A stretch of 48,403 nt of DNA, counting the filler, from Sphacelaria rigidula (Eukaryota), in NCBI GenBank assembly GCA_964200075.2. It is 2 parts of 2 records of this genome, joined end to end, with 100 filler letters (N's around TTAATTAATTAA, not from the genome) between each part and the next. Parts side by side here need not be neighbours in the genome. Positions count along the whole stretch, not along the records: positions 24,258 to 48,403 come from CAXNAA020000220.1; 1 more part is not named here. One strand, given 5' to 3'. The notes beneath the pieces are model-generated. The model searched no databases. It had not been told where the DNA came from and saw only the letters and a program-made list of their open reading frames with translations. The position numbers and the translations under genes were made by a program. Shown here one piece after another: positions 37,758 to 48,403 of the stretch. Every line of letters starts with the position of its first letter. Positions within the stretch are counted from its first letter, which is position 1.

Positions 37758-38399
37758 GTTTAAACGGTGCCTTGATCTTGGGTGCGGGACGGGGCTTTCA
37801 GGGCAAGCAGTGTCGCCGCTCTGCGATCGCGTAGTAGGCGTGGATCTAAGTCCCGCCATGGTCCATCGGGCATCAGAGAAACATGTCTACCACAGGCTTC
37901 TTGTGGGGGAGGTCACAGAAACCGTGGTTTCTCTGGTGCGCCGAAGAGCAACATTGGGGATTGAATGGGACGTTTGCGAGTCCCCAAACATATCAAGCGT
38001 GCTCGAAGCTCGTGACTCTCAGTCGGGCATAGAAGGAACAACGGCGGAAGAGACGGGAATGCACGCGGTACTTGGGGAGGAGAAACGTGGCGAGGACATG
38101 GCTATCAGCGCCACGGCAGACAATCCAGGGGCCGCGACGAAAGACGAAGCGACTGGTGATCTTGTTCTGTCTTGCGACGTGTTTGGGTATATTGGCGACC
38201 TGAGGCCATGTTTTGAAGCCGTACGTGATCTTTTGGGGGAGAACAATGGCGGTGGTGAGGATGGCGATGGTTCAATTTTCGCGTTCTCGGCGGAGGCCCC
38301 TCCTCGCACAGATGTGGATGGAGTTAGTAGTTGCACGAGGATAGGCTCAAGGGATACTGATGAAGCACCACCAGGATACGAGCTACAGGGGACAGGCCG
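37758..38399 (+). CDS. Gene 2, class I SAM-dependent methyltransferase exon
   Basis: Acceptor ACACCAG (phase 2); LDLGCGTGLSG, VVGVDLSPAM, DLVLSCDVFGYIGDL, FAFSAE, GYELQGTGR; donor CG|GTAAGT. The final exon was not located. Confidence 0.92.
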
Positions 38400-41300
38400 G
38401 TAAGTTTTCACACAGGGTTTGTTTGCTGTGAACTGTGAACCCGGTTTGATACTACGCCCGTGTTGATGTGTTTCCCGATACATTTTTTAGGTGTTTCACT
38501 GAACAATCTGTCTAGTTATTTCCAAACCACTCGCACGACATCGTATGCTTCACAGCCCAGCCGGCCTATATGGGCATGCAGCGAGGCATGGTCTGCAGGC
38601 AAGTTGCTTGTTATGTGCCGTTGATCCTTTGTGAGCTCAAAGACACGTGGATGTTTTTTCTTTGGTTGGCGACCGGCGAATTGAGGAGTACTTGTGCTTC
38701 CCAAGTACCAACTGGTATCAGGTAGAGCCGTGGGAGGCGCTATCAGAAATATTCTACGCAAGGTTTGTGTTCTGTGACCCGATATATTGCACACCCCCGC
38801 ATGTACAACAACGATGAAACAGTCTTGAATGTTATGTGTCTGGCCCTCACCCACTGGGCCCAACGCCCACTCTCGCAACTAATGCCGCCGACTGACCGTC
38901 TCACGGAATAACCTATGGGCGGGGGTATTATCACCGGGAATATTTCAGTGATGTGAAAGCCATACCATGGGCTTCTGGAACAGCGTTTTCATGCCCGAAA
39001 TAAACCACTCGCCAAAGCCTAGTGTGTTCCGGGTGTATTGTTCGTGTTTTGCCGAAAAACTACCACCAAAACATATACCTGGCCATCGAAAATAGAGGTC
39101 CCATTCTTTAGATTGGGATATGAAGACCTACACTCTACTGACGTGTCGGGGTAAAACCCGGAGACACTCGAAATCAAAATGGGACACATGACCATATTGG
39201 TCGCTTCAGCAGTTTTGCGTTGAAGAAGTGAACCTGAGCAAGACGTGAGCCGCACATTACTTCGGTCTGTATATCACTCAATGAGAATCCAACGACCAAC
39301 CCGTCGTTCTGGTCAAAGCCTTCGCGTTTTGCTCGAAGGGCTTCAGTTACGGCCACCTGACCGTCTGATAGCAGTGTGTAATTTCCGCTATCATGGGTTA
39401 TGCACGCCGTCGATAACGGTTGCTGCTGGAGAGTGCCTTCTCATCAACTCTTAGAAACATACTTGAAACTGTTCGGTACTGCCCGTGGGATTACTCCATT
39501 TTGCTCTACTGTACGGCACTGCGCTTTGTTTGATTGGTTCCCGAAAATCGTCGGGGCAGCCTTTCATTCGTTCCTCACGTGCACAATACAGTATAGTACA
39601 GAGGCTCGGTGCACATGGTACTCAAATTGGTTCTTTGCGATTCCAAATTTGGGTAGCAGTGAGGGCGTTGTCTGCGTGCGGCTTCGTTCGTGCGTATGTC
39701 CCATCTTGTGACACGTGTCGCTGCTGTGTTTTTCAATCTGCGGATGTTACGCAACCCTACTGACACTGATGTCCAGGCACCCGCCCTGCTGAATGATACA
39801 GCGCCTGCTGTCTGTACTACGACTAGAAGCACTGCGTTCGAAAATCAAGTTTGTTCTGCATTTTTTATCGAGTATGTAACGTTTTTCGCACATGTGCATG
39901 TAACTGTTTTCACGGCTGGACTGCAGTGTATCACTTCACGCTCACACACAACTGCACTCGCTCAATCTCACGTACACATAACGGCGCTGTCGCACTACTG
40001 CCCCTTTTCCTCGCTACGAAAGCAGTGTGACGCTTTTAGAAAACAACTCTTAAATATCTGCACTGTGCTCCGACACACCCACGCGCTCATTTGTTGCTTG
40101 CCTTGGTCGTTTGACCATTGACCATACACCCCTTTCGAGACAGAGCATGTAGTCATTGGTTGGGTGCTCCCAAGAGCTGTTAGTACTTGTAGGCACATCT
40201 ACTTCGTCAAAACACGTCACGTCCATCCGTCTCACGGTACTCGTCGATGCCCAGCTGATGCGGTTGCGCGCGGGTGTATTGCAGCGACCTTAGTTCTTGG
40301 TGTTATTATTGCTGCTGGAGTTGTGCGTACGACCAAGGTAACTCACAATGTACCACAACAGATTATGTCCTGTCTAGTTGTACGATACCCTCCCGCCACC
40401 TGGGGGCGCCATGTGCTGAACCGGCACCATGTTAACTAGGAAGACAACCCAGATGACTCACTCAGGCAAACAATGTGCCACCTCCCCCATGGCGCAGAGC
40501 ACCCGAAGTACAGCGGCACCATAATACTCGCGACGTTCGCCTCTCTCCCTGATGTCGAAGGCAAATAGCTCCCTCTCAGCTAGAAGGCTTTGTGAAGGTG
40601 AACTGCGTGCGGCCACGGCTTTATGGGTGTTATTCGCTGTGTGTCAAGCGGTGACGTGACAGCACGCTCCTGTGTGGAGGTGTTGGTCTTGTGTTTGACT
40701 TGTAAGGTCGTCATGAGCGGAATACCGAGATTGTGTCATCGAGCGATCGAGTGGTCAGCGATTGTTTCCGCATCCGCCACACAAAAATAGTCCGACACTG
40801 CGGCGCAGAGGGCATCAAATGCAGCGGTATTCCGTCTGACGTCCGCCCCCTCTCAGGCAGTAGGCTTTCGTCAGGGGGAACTCCTGACGGTCACGGTCCC
40901 GTGGAGTTTAGTTTCTGTCGTGAGATGCTGGTGTTCTGTCTCACTAGTGAGCTGTCAGTTTTGCTCTGCTCTGAGTGTACGATACGCCCAACGCTGTCAG
41001 CATAATTCGTACAGCTCCCGATCAAGTTCACTTCGATGGTGTTCATCCATGGTACACATACCATCATGCATTCTGTCAACCCATTGGGCTTCTGAACAAC
41101 CATTCGAGGTACATGCATGGCAGCATACACGCCACGTTCATGGACCCATCTCCAGCTACGGATGAGTGCGGAATCGTGGCCTTCGGGCATTCAATTGGCC
41201 AAATTGCGGCGCCGCGCCGAACTTGCTTGAATGTGACTGACCTAGGGTGACCCACACGAACATGATCTCAATTTTAGATTCTCAATCCCTACCCTTGTGA

Positions 41301-41470
41301 TGAACCTCTCGATACTGGAAACAATATACTCGGTATGTATATTCCAGCTTTCAAATTGGTTGTTGTCTCAGGCTATTCCAGATTCGGCTATAGATTTCTG
41401 TTACAGAAAACACTCTCGTTTTTTCGGAATACTTGAAAAAAACCCAGCAGAGCCTCTCAAAAAAACAGCA

Positions 41471-41714
41471 GAACCTTTCGGAAAACTGCTCAAAGATGAC
41501 CCCAATATTTTGACTACAGGGTTGTACACTCACAACCAGACAAATCTGCAGTGGTGTATGAACTGCAGAGTACTACTTTCAACACCAGACGGTGAACCTT
41601 TCGGAAAACTGCTCAAAAGATGACCCCATTATCTTGATTACAGAGTGGTACACTCAGAACCAGACAACTCTGCAGTGGTGTATGAACTGCAGAGTACTAC
41701 TCTCAACACCAGAC
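41471..41714. repeat. 123-bp tandem duplication, with a partial third unit at ~41785-41830
   Basis: GAACCTTTCGGAAAACTGCTCAAA...GCAGAGTACTAC...AACACCAGAC starts at 41471 and 41594. Confidence 0.92.
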
Positions 41715-41880
41715 AAGGCAGTTATGCCGTGTTTTCTGGTCGCTCGTGACGGACTGCATTCAAATGCAAAAACTTGTAACCCAGATCTGCACGTTGAGAG
41801 ATGCGGCAGAGTACTACATTCAACAGAAAACAACACAAATGTTCTGCAGCATCACGAGAAACCACGCGCCGTTCTGATCG

Positions 41881-42171
41881 CGTTCCGCACGAGAAGGAGA
41901 AGGAGCAACAGCAGCAGTATCAGCAGCATCTTTACTGCCAGTAGATGTACGCGGCTGGGGGTGGTTCTAAATCGGCCGGTGCCGATTCGTGTGTGTCAGC
42001 GCTGTCCAGCACGGTGGCTATCACTCATAAGGTGCCTGGGTGTTGTCGCACGGTCGAAACGCGGACCGTCTACGATCAAGAGCAGCGGTAGCAGCACCAG
42101 CAGCATCGGCGCCGGTTGATTCAGACCCACCCCCAGCCACGTACATTTACTGGCAACGAATATGCTGCTGA

Positions 42172-42203
<32 letters not shown>

Positions 42204-42226
42204 ATTCGCTGCTTCTCGTGCAAACG
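41881..42226. repeat. Inverted repeat (~110-bp arms) containing CAG/CTG tracts
   Basis: 41881-41987 vs 42104-42226 reverse complement; (CTG)~10 at 42173-42203. Confidence 0.8.
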
Positions 42227-43320
42227 GTCCACGGTACTTGACAGCCCCCCGCATACAAACAAGATCTAGAGGACCTACCTGCACTGGAGCCCTGACATGA
42301 AGTAGCCGCCAGCTTTGTCTTTCTTCTTTCAACTCTCCATCTGTAGTTCGACACTTCAAAGAATACTCGCCATGCTCATTCACTGCAGTTACGTTGGTGT
42401 GTAGCGGCCACAACAACTGCTGTTCTTGCTCTTGTCTTAGTATCTTCGCAATGACGGTAAACGTGGGGTGGCAGCTCGGAGCGTGTGCTTCCCGACTGGT
42501 ACAGACAACAAAAGGACACTCGCTAGTGCAACAAGATTGTCCATCTACTGATGTGGAGCGAGCTTTCCGGAGGAATAAAATCATCTCAACACCGACCACT
42601 CCTAGACTTGAATAAATGCGCAAAAAATATATCCACCTACGGGGACCCACACTTTTTAATCAGCGGCACGTCACGGATGTTTTCAAACAAGGCAAAGCCT
42701 TCACGCGTAGTACCGGAGTGCAGGCAGTACACAGCAGAAACAAACACACAGTAAACAAAGTGAAGCCTTCACGTGTAGTACCGTAGTGCAGGCAGTAGTC
42801 AGTCGTCATATCCTCTGCATCTACATCCACTGCCATGGACGTGCATCTGAATGTGACCTCGAACTCTACAGTGAAGACGGTATAGTACTGTACTGTATTG
42901 GCAAAGCACAGCTACCTACTGTGCTCGCGAGTACAGCCCGTGCTTGTAACCTGGCAGAGTACAGCCTGTACTCGGAAATGGAGTAGTACAAGATATCAAG
43001 AACAGGCTACAGCCGTGTCGTGTTTGCGAAGCATAGCCTATACTTGTAATGTCGTACTGTTCGCAAAATCCACGGCCTGTCTTGTGAATACTCTTGCCTG
43101 CTGCAACACCCTGGCGCTTCATTGTACTACCGTTTTACCGTCAAGTCTATATCGTACAGTATGTTTTGTGCCCGTCATCTCGAGAAAAAAGTCTCATCCA
43201 CGGCACCACCGGATGATGAAAGATCAAAGTGGGTGTTTTCCGTCGTGCTCAACGTTGACTCATGCTGGCTGGACTTCGATACTCCGTCGGTCCTCTTTGT
43301 GTATGTCTCTGCTGTATGCC

Positions 43321-43365
43321 GGTCGCCCCGGTGGCTCAGTTTGTAACCTCGAAACCTTCTGAACT
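43321..43365 (+). mobile_element. 5' fragment of the same SINE
   Basis: GGTCGCCCCGGTGGCTCAGTTTGTAACCTCGAAACCTTCTGA matches 13775-13817; B box absent. Confidence 0.7.
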
Positions 43366-44434
43366 TCTATGCGTGTAGCTGTGTTCATGTGAACTATGTG
43401 CGTGCTGTTCACCTGCCCGCTGAGCGGGTTTGTAGAGGTGGCGCTCTCAAATTAAAAACCTTGGCTCTGGTTTTGCTCGTAACCCGAACCCACCTTGTTT
43501 GAAAATATCCGTAATGGGCAGCTGATTTAAAAAATGTGGGCTCCCAAATTAGAAAAAAAACAACGCGGGATCGGTCATGATAAAAGGTCACAGTGGAAAT
43601 TAGGATCCAGCTATATTGGTGGATATACTTATTGCGTGAATAAATGTACTAGAAATATAGTTCACTTCCGGCCGGCGTATATCTGCCAGTACCATAGAAC
43701 CAGTTCCATACTACGTTTGAGCAGACCCGCCAGTCTAAAAACGAACACATTTTTGAATTCACCCACCACCCCCAATAGTGACGAAGCATTATAATGCGAA
43801 CAGACCGCGACATGTTCACGCACAGTACTACATGCACATGCCGTCGACGCAGTCGTTGGCGTTCCCCCCGACGCGTCCGAGACTCTCTCTTTAGGCGTAG
43901 AGTACTCCTTGATCTCGGTTGTGTAACTCATCTGGGTGGGCGCCCACTACGTCACGCAGTTCGGTTTGCAGTGGAAATGGCTCAAGTATGATTGCACTAC
44001 TGGGGGTGGCACTACCGCGTTTGCTTCGTTCGATGCCCACTGGCATTCCGGAAGGCACGTGTTGTACGTGTAAGTCAAGACGGATCTACAAGTAGTGGCC
44101 AGGGATAGATTGAGAGAACCTAGCGGGAACTTGCCGAGCGACGACTCCGGTCTCAGCTTCGCCTACCTGCGCACCCTTGCGCACGTGGAAGGACGTCACT
44201 CGGACTAGAACGATAATGTCTGGAACTTGTGTAGTGCAATGCGCGAAATAGTTGTCATCGTCAATCTATGGCCCTCACTTTCTTTCCGCCCCATCTTCTG
44301 CTTGTATGCCATTCTTACTTTTCTTCATTGAGGGCGTCTGTCTCTTCTGACCCTCTTCCATTCCATTTCAATGTGAGAAAGGATAGGAAAGTTGGAAGTG
44401 TGATGCAAAGTAGAGCGATCTATATTATGTCATA

Positions 44435-44911
44435 TATGTACATGTATCACTCCACGTTTTGTCACCACTTTTGCCGAGTTTTCTCTGACGGCAAGGCATC
44501 TCATCATGTGCTTTCTTTCACAGTGCACAAAGGAGGCGCAGTGGTACATTACCCTTCAGGTTTGGGTGTCATTTGATACCTGTGGCGCATGCCCTGGCCA
44601 TCAAAAGTCGCCCGCATTGGCTCTTTTTCGCGGGGTGTCGATCCCGAACCACAAAAGCCTTCTCAAGTTCATGAAAAACGTCAAGCAGCAGGATGATTGT
44701 TGGCGGGGTGTTTCCCCCCCGTGTTTCTCTCCGTCGTGTTCTCGTTCATTTGGGAGCACGAGTACACTACGTATGCCACCAATGTCTGAGAACATGAGAG
44801 CAATGCAGTTGAATACAATTGAACATTGCGTTGGCCTTAGTCAGCAGCAAACACCAGACCGTGCGGTGAGCCTTTGACGAGTTGAACAAGGCACACACGT
44901 GGGCGAACGTC
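44435..44911. repeat. Interspersed repeat family A, full copy
   Basis: Colinear with 7125-7601 in the same orientation. Confidence 0.9.
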
Positions 44912-45329
44912 AAAAAATAATCGGAATTATAGTAGGACTGACAGTCCCGTGTGCTCCTCGCGTGCGCAGAAAGCGTTTCGTTCAAATCGGCGCTTCTCAT
45001 ATCATTTTGGGTCCATCGAAGCCGCTCCTCGCCAAGGGAATGTATGTACCGCCCTTGCCCGAGGGTTCTCGGTATGAGTTGAGGGTCCACCAAGGCCGTA
45101 CTTTGCCTCGGGAGTTTCATGTACCGCCCTCGTCCGAGTGTTCTCGGCATGCGTTGGGTTGGGGTTAGGGTTAGGGATAGCGATACGAGGTTAATTTACC
45201 ACTTGGCATAGCCCCGGTAAAGATCCGGATATCTTTGTCCACAATAAAATCAAGACGAACTATCTGAGAAATGTGTCACCCTCCCAAGTGGTGAACTATA
45301 CCACTACTATATATATATATATATATACG

Positions 45330-46016
45330 GCCTCAAAACGTATGTGCGATCGAGAAGTAGCGCTACCTGCATCGCGGTTGAGGGTATACCGACACTACAT
45401 ATCACTGACCCTGGGGTGAGTGACACTTCTGCGTGTATTCTAGAGATACAAGCTCAACTACTTCTACTCTCGTCCCCCATGTCACCAACGCAGCGGAGCC
45501 TTGGGTGTATAGACGGTATGTCGGCACTTCAGCTGCGATATATGGTCGGGGGAGCGAAGGTTTTGAACTCTTGGACCGCGAGGGTAGTCCATCTGGATCG
45601 TGCATCCCTCGTTCAAGTGAAATCGATGCCGATTCAACGGATGACCTACCCTGGTGGTCAAAGGGTCAACTATTAATAGCCTCAAAACGTATGTGTGATC
45701 GAGAAGTAGTGCTACCTGCTTCGCGGTTTAAGGGTTGAGAGTATACCGATACTACATATCACCGACGCTGAGGTGAGTGACATTTCTGCGTGTATCCCAG
45801 AGATACAAGCTCAACTACTCCCACTCTCGTCCCCCATGTCACCAACGCAGCGGAGCCTTGGGTGTATAGACGGTATGCCGACACTTTAGCTGCGATACAT
45901 GGTCTGCGGAGCGAAGGTTTTTAAACTCTTAGACCGCGAGGGTAGTCCATCTGGATCGTACATCCCTTGTTCAAGTGAAATCGATGCCAATTCAACAGAT
46001 GACCTACCCTATGGTC
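45330..46016. repeat. ~349-bp tandem duplication next to an (AT)n tract
   Basis: Units start GCCTCAAAACGTATGTG at 45330 and 45679; about 90% identical by eye. Confidence 0.93.
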
Positions 46017-46409
46017 GTCCAAGGGGGTGGAATGAATGTGCACACCCCGAAGCATGGGCTCCTACAAGCAGTGGGGAAATATCCTCGTTTATTTCAAACT
46101 CCTGCCATTTCGCAGAATTCTGAAATAAATCGGGATGGTTCTTTAATCAAGGATCCAGCTGAATTCTCGGGTCTCGTTGTAGGGATGACTCGCGGAACAT
46201 CAAAATTTTGGTTCTTTTCAAGGAAAGGTCGCGAACTTATTTCCAAATTTCAACCATCAGGATCGGAAAACGTGACGTGGCGATGCGCATTACACCAATA
46301 GTTCGTGAAAGTGTCAAATTCAAGCTGTTCTTTACCGTTCTTCACCATTCTTGGCGCCCCTTCACGTCATAAACCGGGAGGGATCTTTATCAAAGATCCA
46401 TTTGAAGAA

Positions 46410-46672
46410 TCCACACGTCGGACAGATCATGATCCGTCTGAAAATTACTTCTTCCCAGTATACTGATCCGGATCATGATCCGTATCATCTGACCCTACTT
46501 TTCCATGTTCGCTCCTTACGGTGCCGGACGCTGAGCATGCCGAGTAGTGTAAAGATTGCGCTTTGGCTTTACTGACTCCGCTGTCACATATTTTGTGTTT
46601 TTGGACCAATGGACTCGAGAGTCTTCTTTCATTAGTTGTTTCAGACAGATCATGATCTGTCCGACGTATGGA
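46410..46672. repeat. Inverted repeat built on GATCATGATC palindromes
   Basis: 46410-46449 vs 46634-46672 inverted; palindromes at 46421-46438, 46464-46487 and a perfect GACAGATCATGATCTGTC at 46644-46661. Confidence 0.75.
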
Positions 46673-46877
46673 AGAATCCTCGATGTTATTTCGGGATTTC
46701 CGTTGAGTAATCTCAAACTCGTAGCCCAGGACATCCTCGACTATTCGTCCAATGATCCAGGATCGCCGAGTTTTAGCTACCTCTAATAAGTGAGCTTTTG
46801 GTCGTTCATGAGAAAACGCGTTTTCTGATAGATGTCGTTTAATACAACAGCAGTACCCTTGGGCCGGATGATATGTC

Positions 46878-47161
46878 ACACAGGTTTTTGGGCTACGAAT
46901 TGTTCTCTTTCGGGACGTTCGACTCACCTTTGGACCCCCAAACAGATAAACCCGCCAAAACACGTGTCGGTCACTTTGCAACACCCCACAGAGAGGTGCC
47001 TACTCCGTCTTTTATATCCGCTTGACTCCCATGTTTCGAGTTTGGCCGCTGAACAAAACTGAGTGCGCAAAAATCTGTGCCTGCCAACGCGCGCCAGTTT
47101 GTTACACAAAATGGGGCAAACGTCCCAGGAGTGAACGATGTGTGAGCCCAAAACTTTGTGT
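46878..47161. mobile_element. Possible old MITE with ~55-bp degenerate TIRs
   Basis: ACACAGGTTTTTGGGCT...GGGACGTT vs AACGTCCC...AGCCCAAAACTTTGTGT; no clear TSD. Confidence 0.45.
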
Positions 47162-47764
47162 CCCACAACCTCCGGCCTTATTACAGGTACAGTAGTGCGC
47201 GGTTTGACGATTCATTTTGTGTCATTTTGTCTTCTTTTCGTCATCGGCGATCTTCTCGGGCTCTTTTCGCTTGCCGCCACATTTCACATTGGAGATGTGA
47301 AGGTATTTGTATCCGCTCCAAATTTCAAGGGCAAAACATCATCCGTACTCGATACTTGGTGGGTTACGGACTGACCGGTCATCGGGGGTCCTGCGACGTT
47401 TCACCCCAGACTTGGACTCTTCGGTATCCTCGGTCGATCGAGGCTGTCCCGACAGCATTTGTGAAGTACAGTTTTTTTTTGTTGAAATTCTACCTGCTCC
47501 ATGCACTATTGCCGAAAAATTGTGTTTCACGGTCAATATCACCCTCCTGATGAACGAGACATTTACCGGTGTCGCCCGATAACACCATCTAACACTGACA
47601 TGGGCACTGTGTTTCAAGGATGACCTGTCTATTGCACCAAAATCTATCGACGCAAGCAAGTTCGACCTCTGTCGACGAGTGTTACGCGAAGAAAACCCCC
47701 AAAACAACGGTAGACGATTACCCCGCCCACTCCGAGCTGGGCCAGCCTACAGGCGAATTTGAAG

Positions 47765-48050
47765 TTTGCAGGCCCATGCTCCCGTCAATGCTTAGAGCTG
47801 GACCCTGAACAATGGTATGGACAGTGCATAGTACATGAAACAAATAATCATATCGGCACCAAAAGTGCTTTTTTTATTTTTTTTAATGAGTTAAGGGCAT
47901 TTTGCTGATACCTGAAAACTGATTATTAATGAAAAAAATAATACAACACTTTTGGTGCTGATGCTATTTCTTTTTTTCATGTCCTATGCATTGTCCATAA
48001 CAAATTTCAGGGTCCGACTCTAAATATCAGCGGGAGCATCGGCCTGCAAA
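47765..48050. repeat. ~285-bp fold-back palindrome
   Basis: TTTGCAGGCCCATGCTCCCG...GCACCAAAAGTG pairs with CACTTTTGGTGC...CGGGAGCATCGGCCTGCAAA; ~120-bp arms. Confidence 0.85.
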
Positions 48051-48403
48051 AAGCCGGGTCGGTAGAAATTCGGAACAGTATTTCGGAGGGCACTCACCGG
48101 CCCATGTCTCGTTTTCGTGTTTTGAAATTTTGTGTGGCCGCTCTCTAAGGCATCATAAACGAAACAAAGTGGGTCAGGTTACGTTTATTCATTATTTTTC
48201 ACCGATTTAGTGCGTTCGACTATGGTAACGACCACTTAATGACGAGAACGCCCTAACCTCTATGAAAAAGAAAATGAAGGCCCGTGTTCTTTTTTTATTC
48301 GGCACTTTTTTATGGTTCTCCAGACCGAAATTCGTCGCCATTCGCTAAATGCATCGATCGGGAGTTTCATAGAGATTTTAGTATTGACGCTATCTCCCTT
48401 AGG

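Noticed and set aside
42147..42650. Poly-Q protein ORF
   Set aside because: The Q run comes from the CTG microsatellite in an inverted-repeat arm.
44157..44208. Last exon of gene 2 (RFAYLRTLAHVEGRHSD*)
   Set aside because: The phase fits, but the expected (Y/F)AH motif and the final beta-strands are missing; probably chance.

Overview
Eukaryotic, intron-rich and heavily transposon-colonised DNA; by inference a brown alga (Phaeophyceae, Ectocarpus-like), judged from the repeat types, GT-AG introns and ~50% GC. An artificial 100-bp linker (44 N + TTAATTAATTAA + 44 N, 24158-24257) splits the window, so the two halves may not be adjacent. Two spliced + strand host genes can be built with consistent exon phases: an unknown coiled-coil protein (~15334-18228) and a TPR + class I SAM-dependent methyltransferase of the COG4976 type (~25096 to beyond 38399). 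The rest is mostly decayed mobile DNA: a Ty3/gypsy LTR element lacking RT/RNase H (104-4859), two LINEs, a tRNA-derived SINE, two piggyBac-type MITEs, several fold-back elements and tandem duplications. The most unusual structure is a 1.6-kb insertion (19655-21249) with an 8-bp target-site duplication. It carries two directly repeated modules, each a leader plus an array of palindrome-rich 42-bp units, around a degenerate Cys/His-rich core. No rRNA, true tRNA or CRISPR array is supported. Family assignments come from motif recognition only, and identity figures are by-eye estimates.
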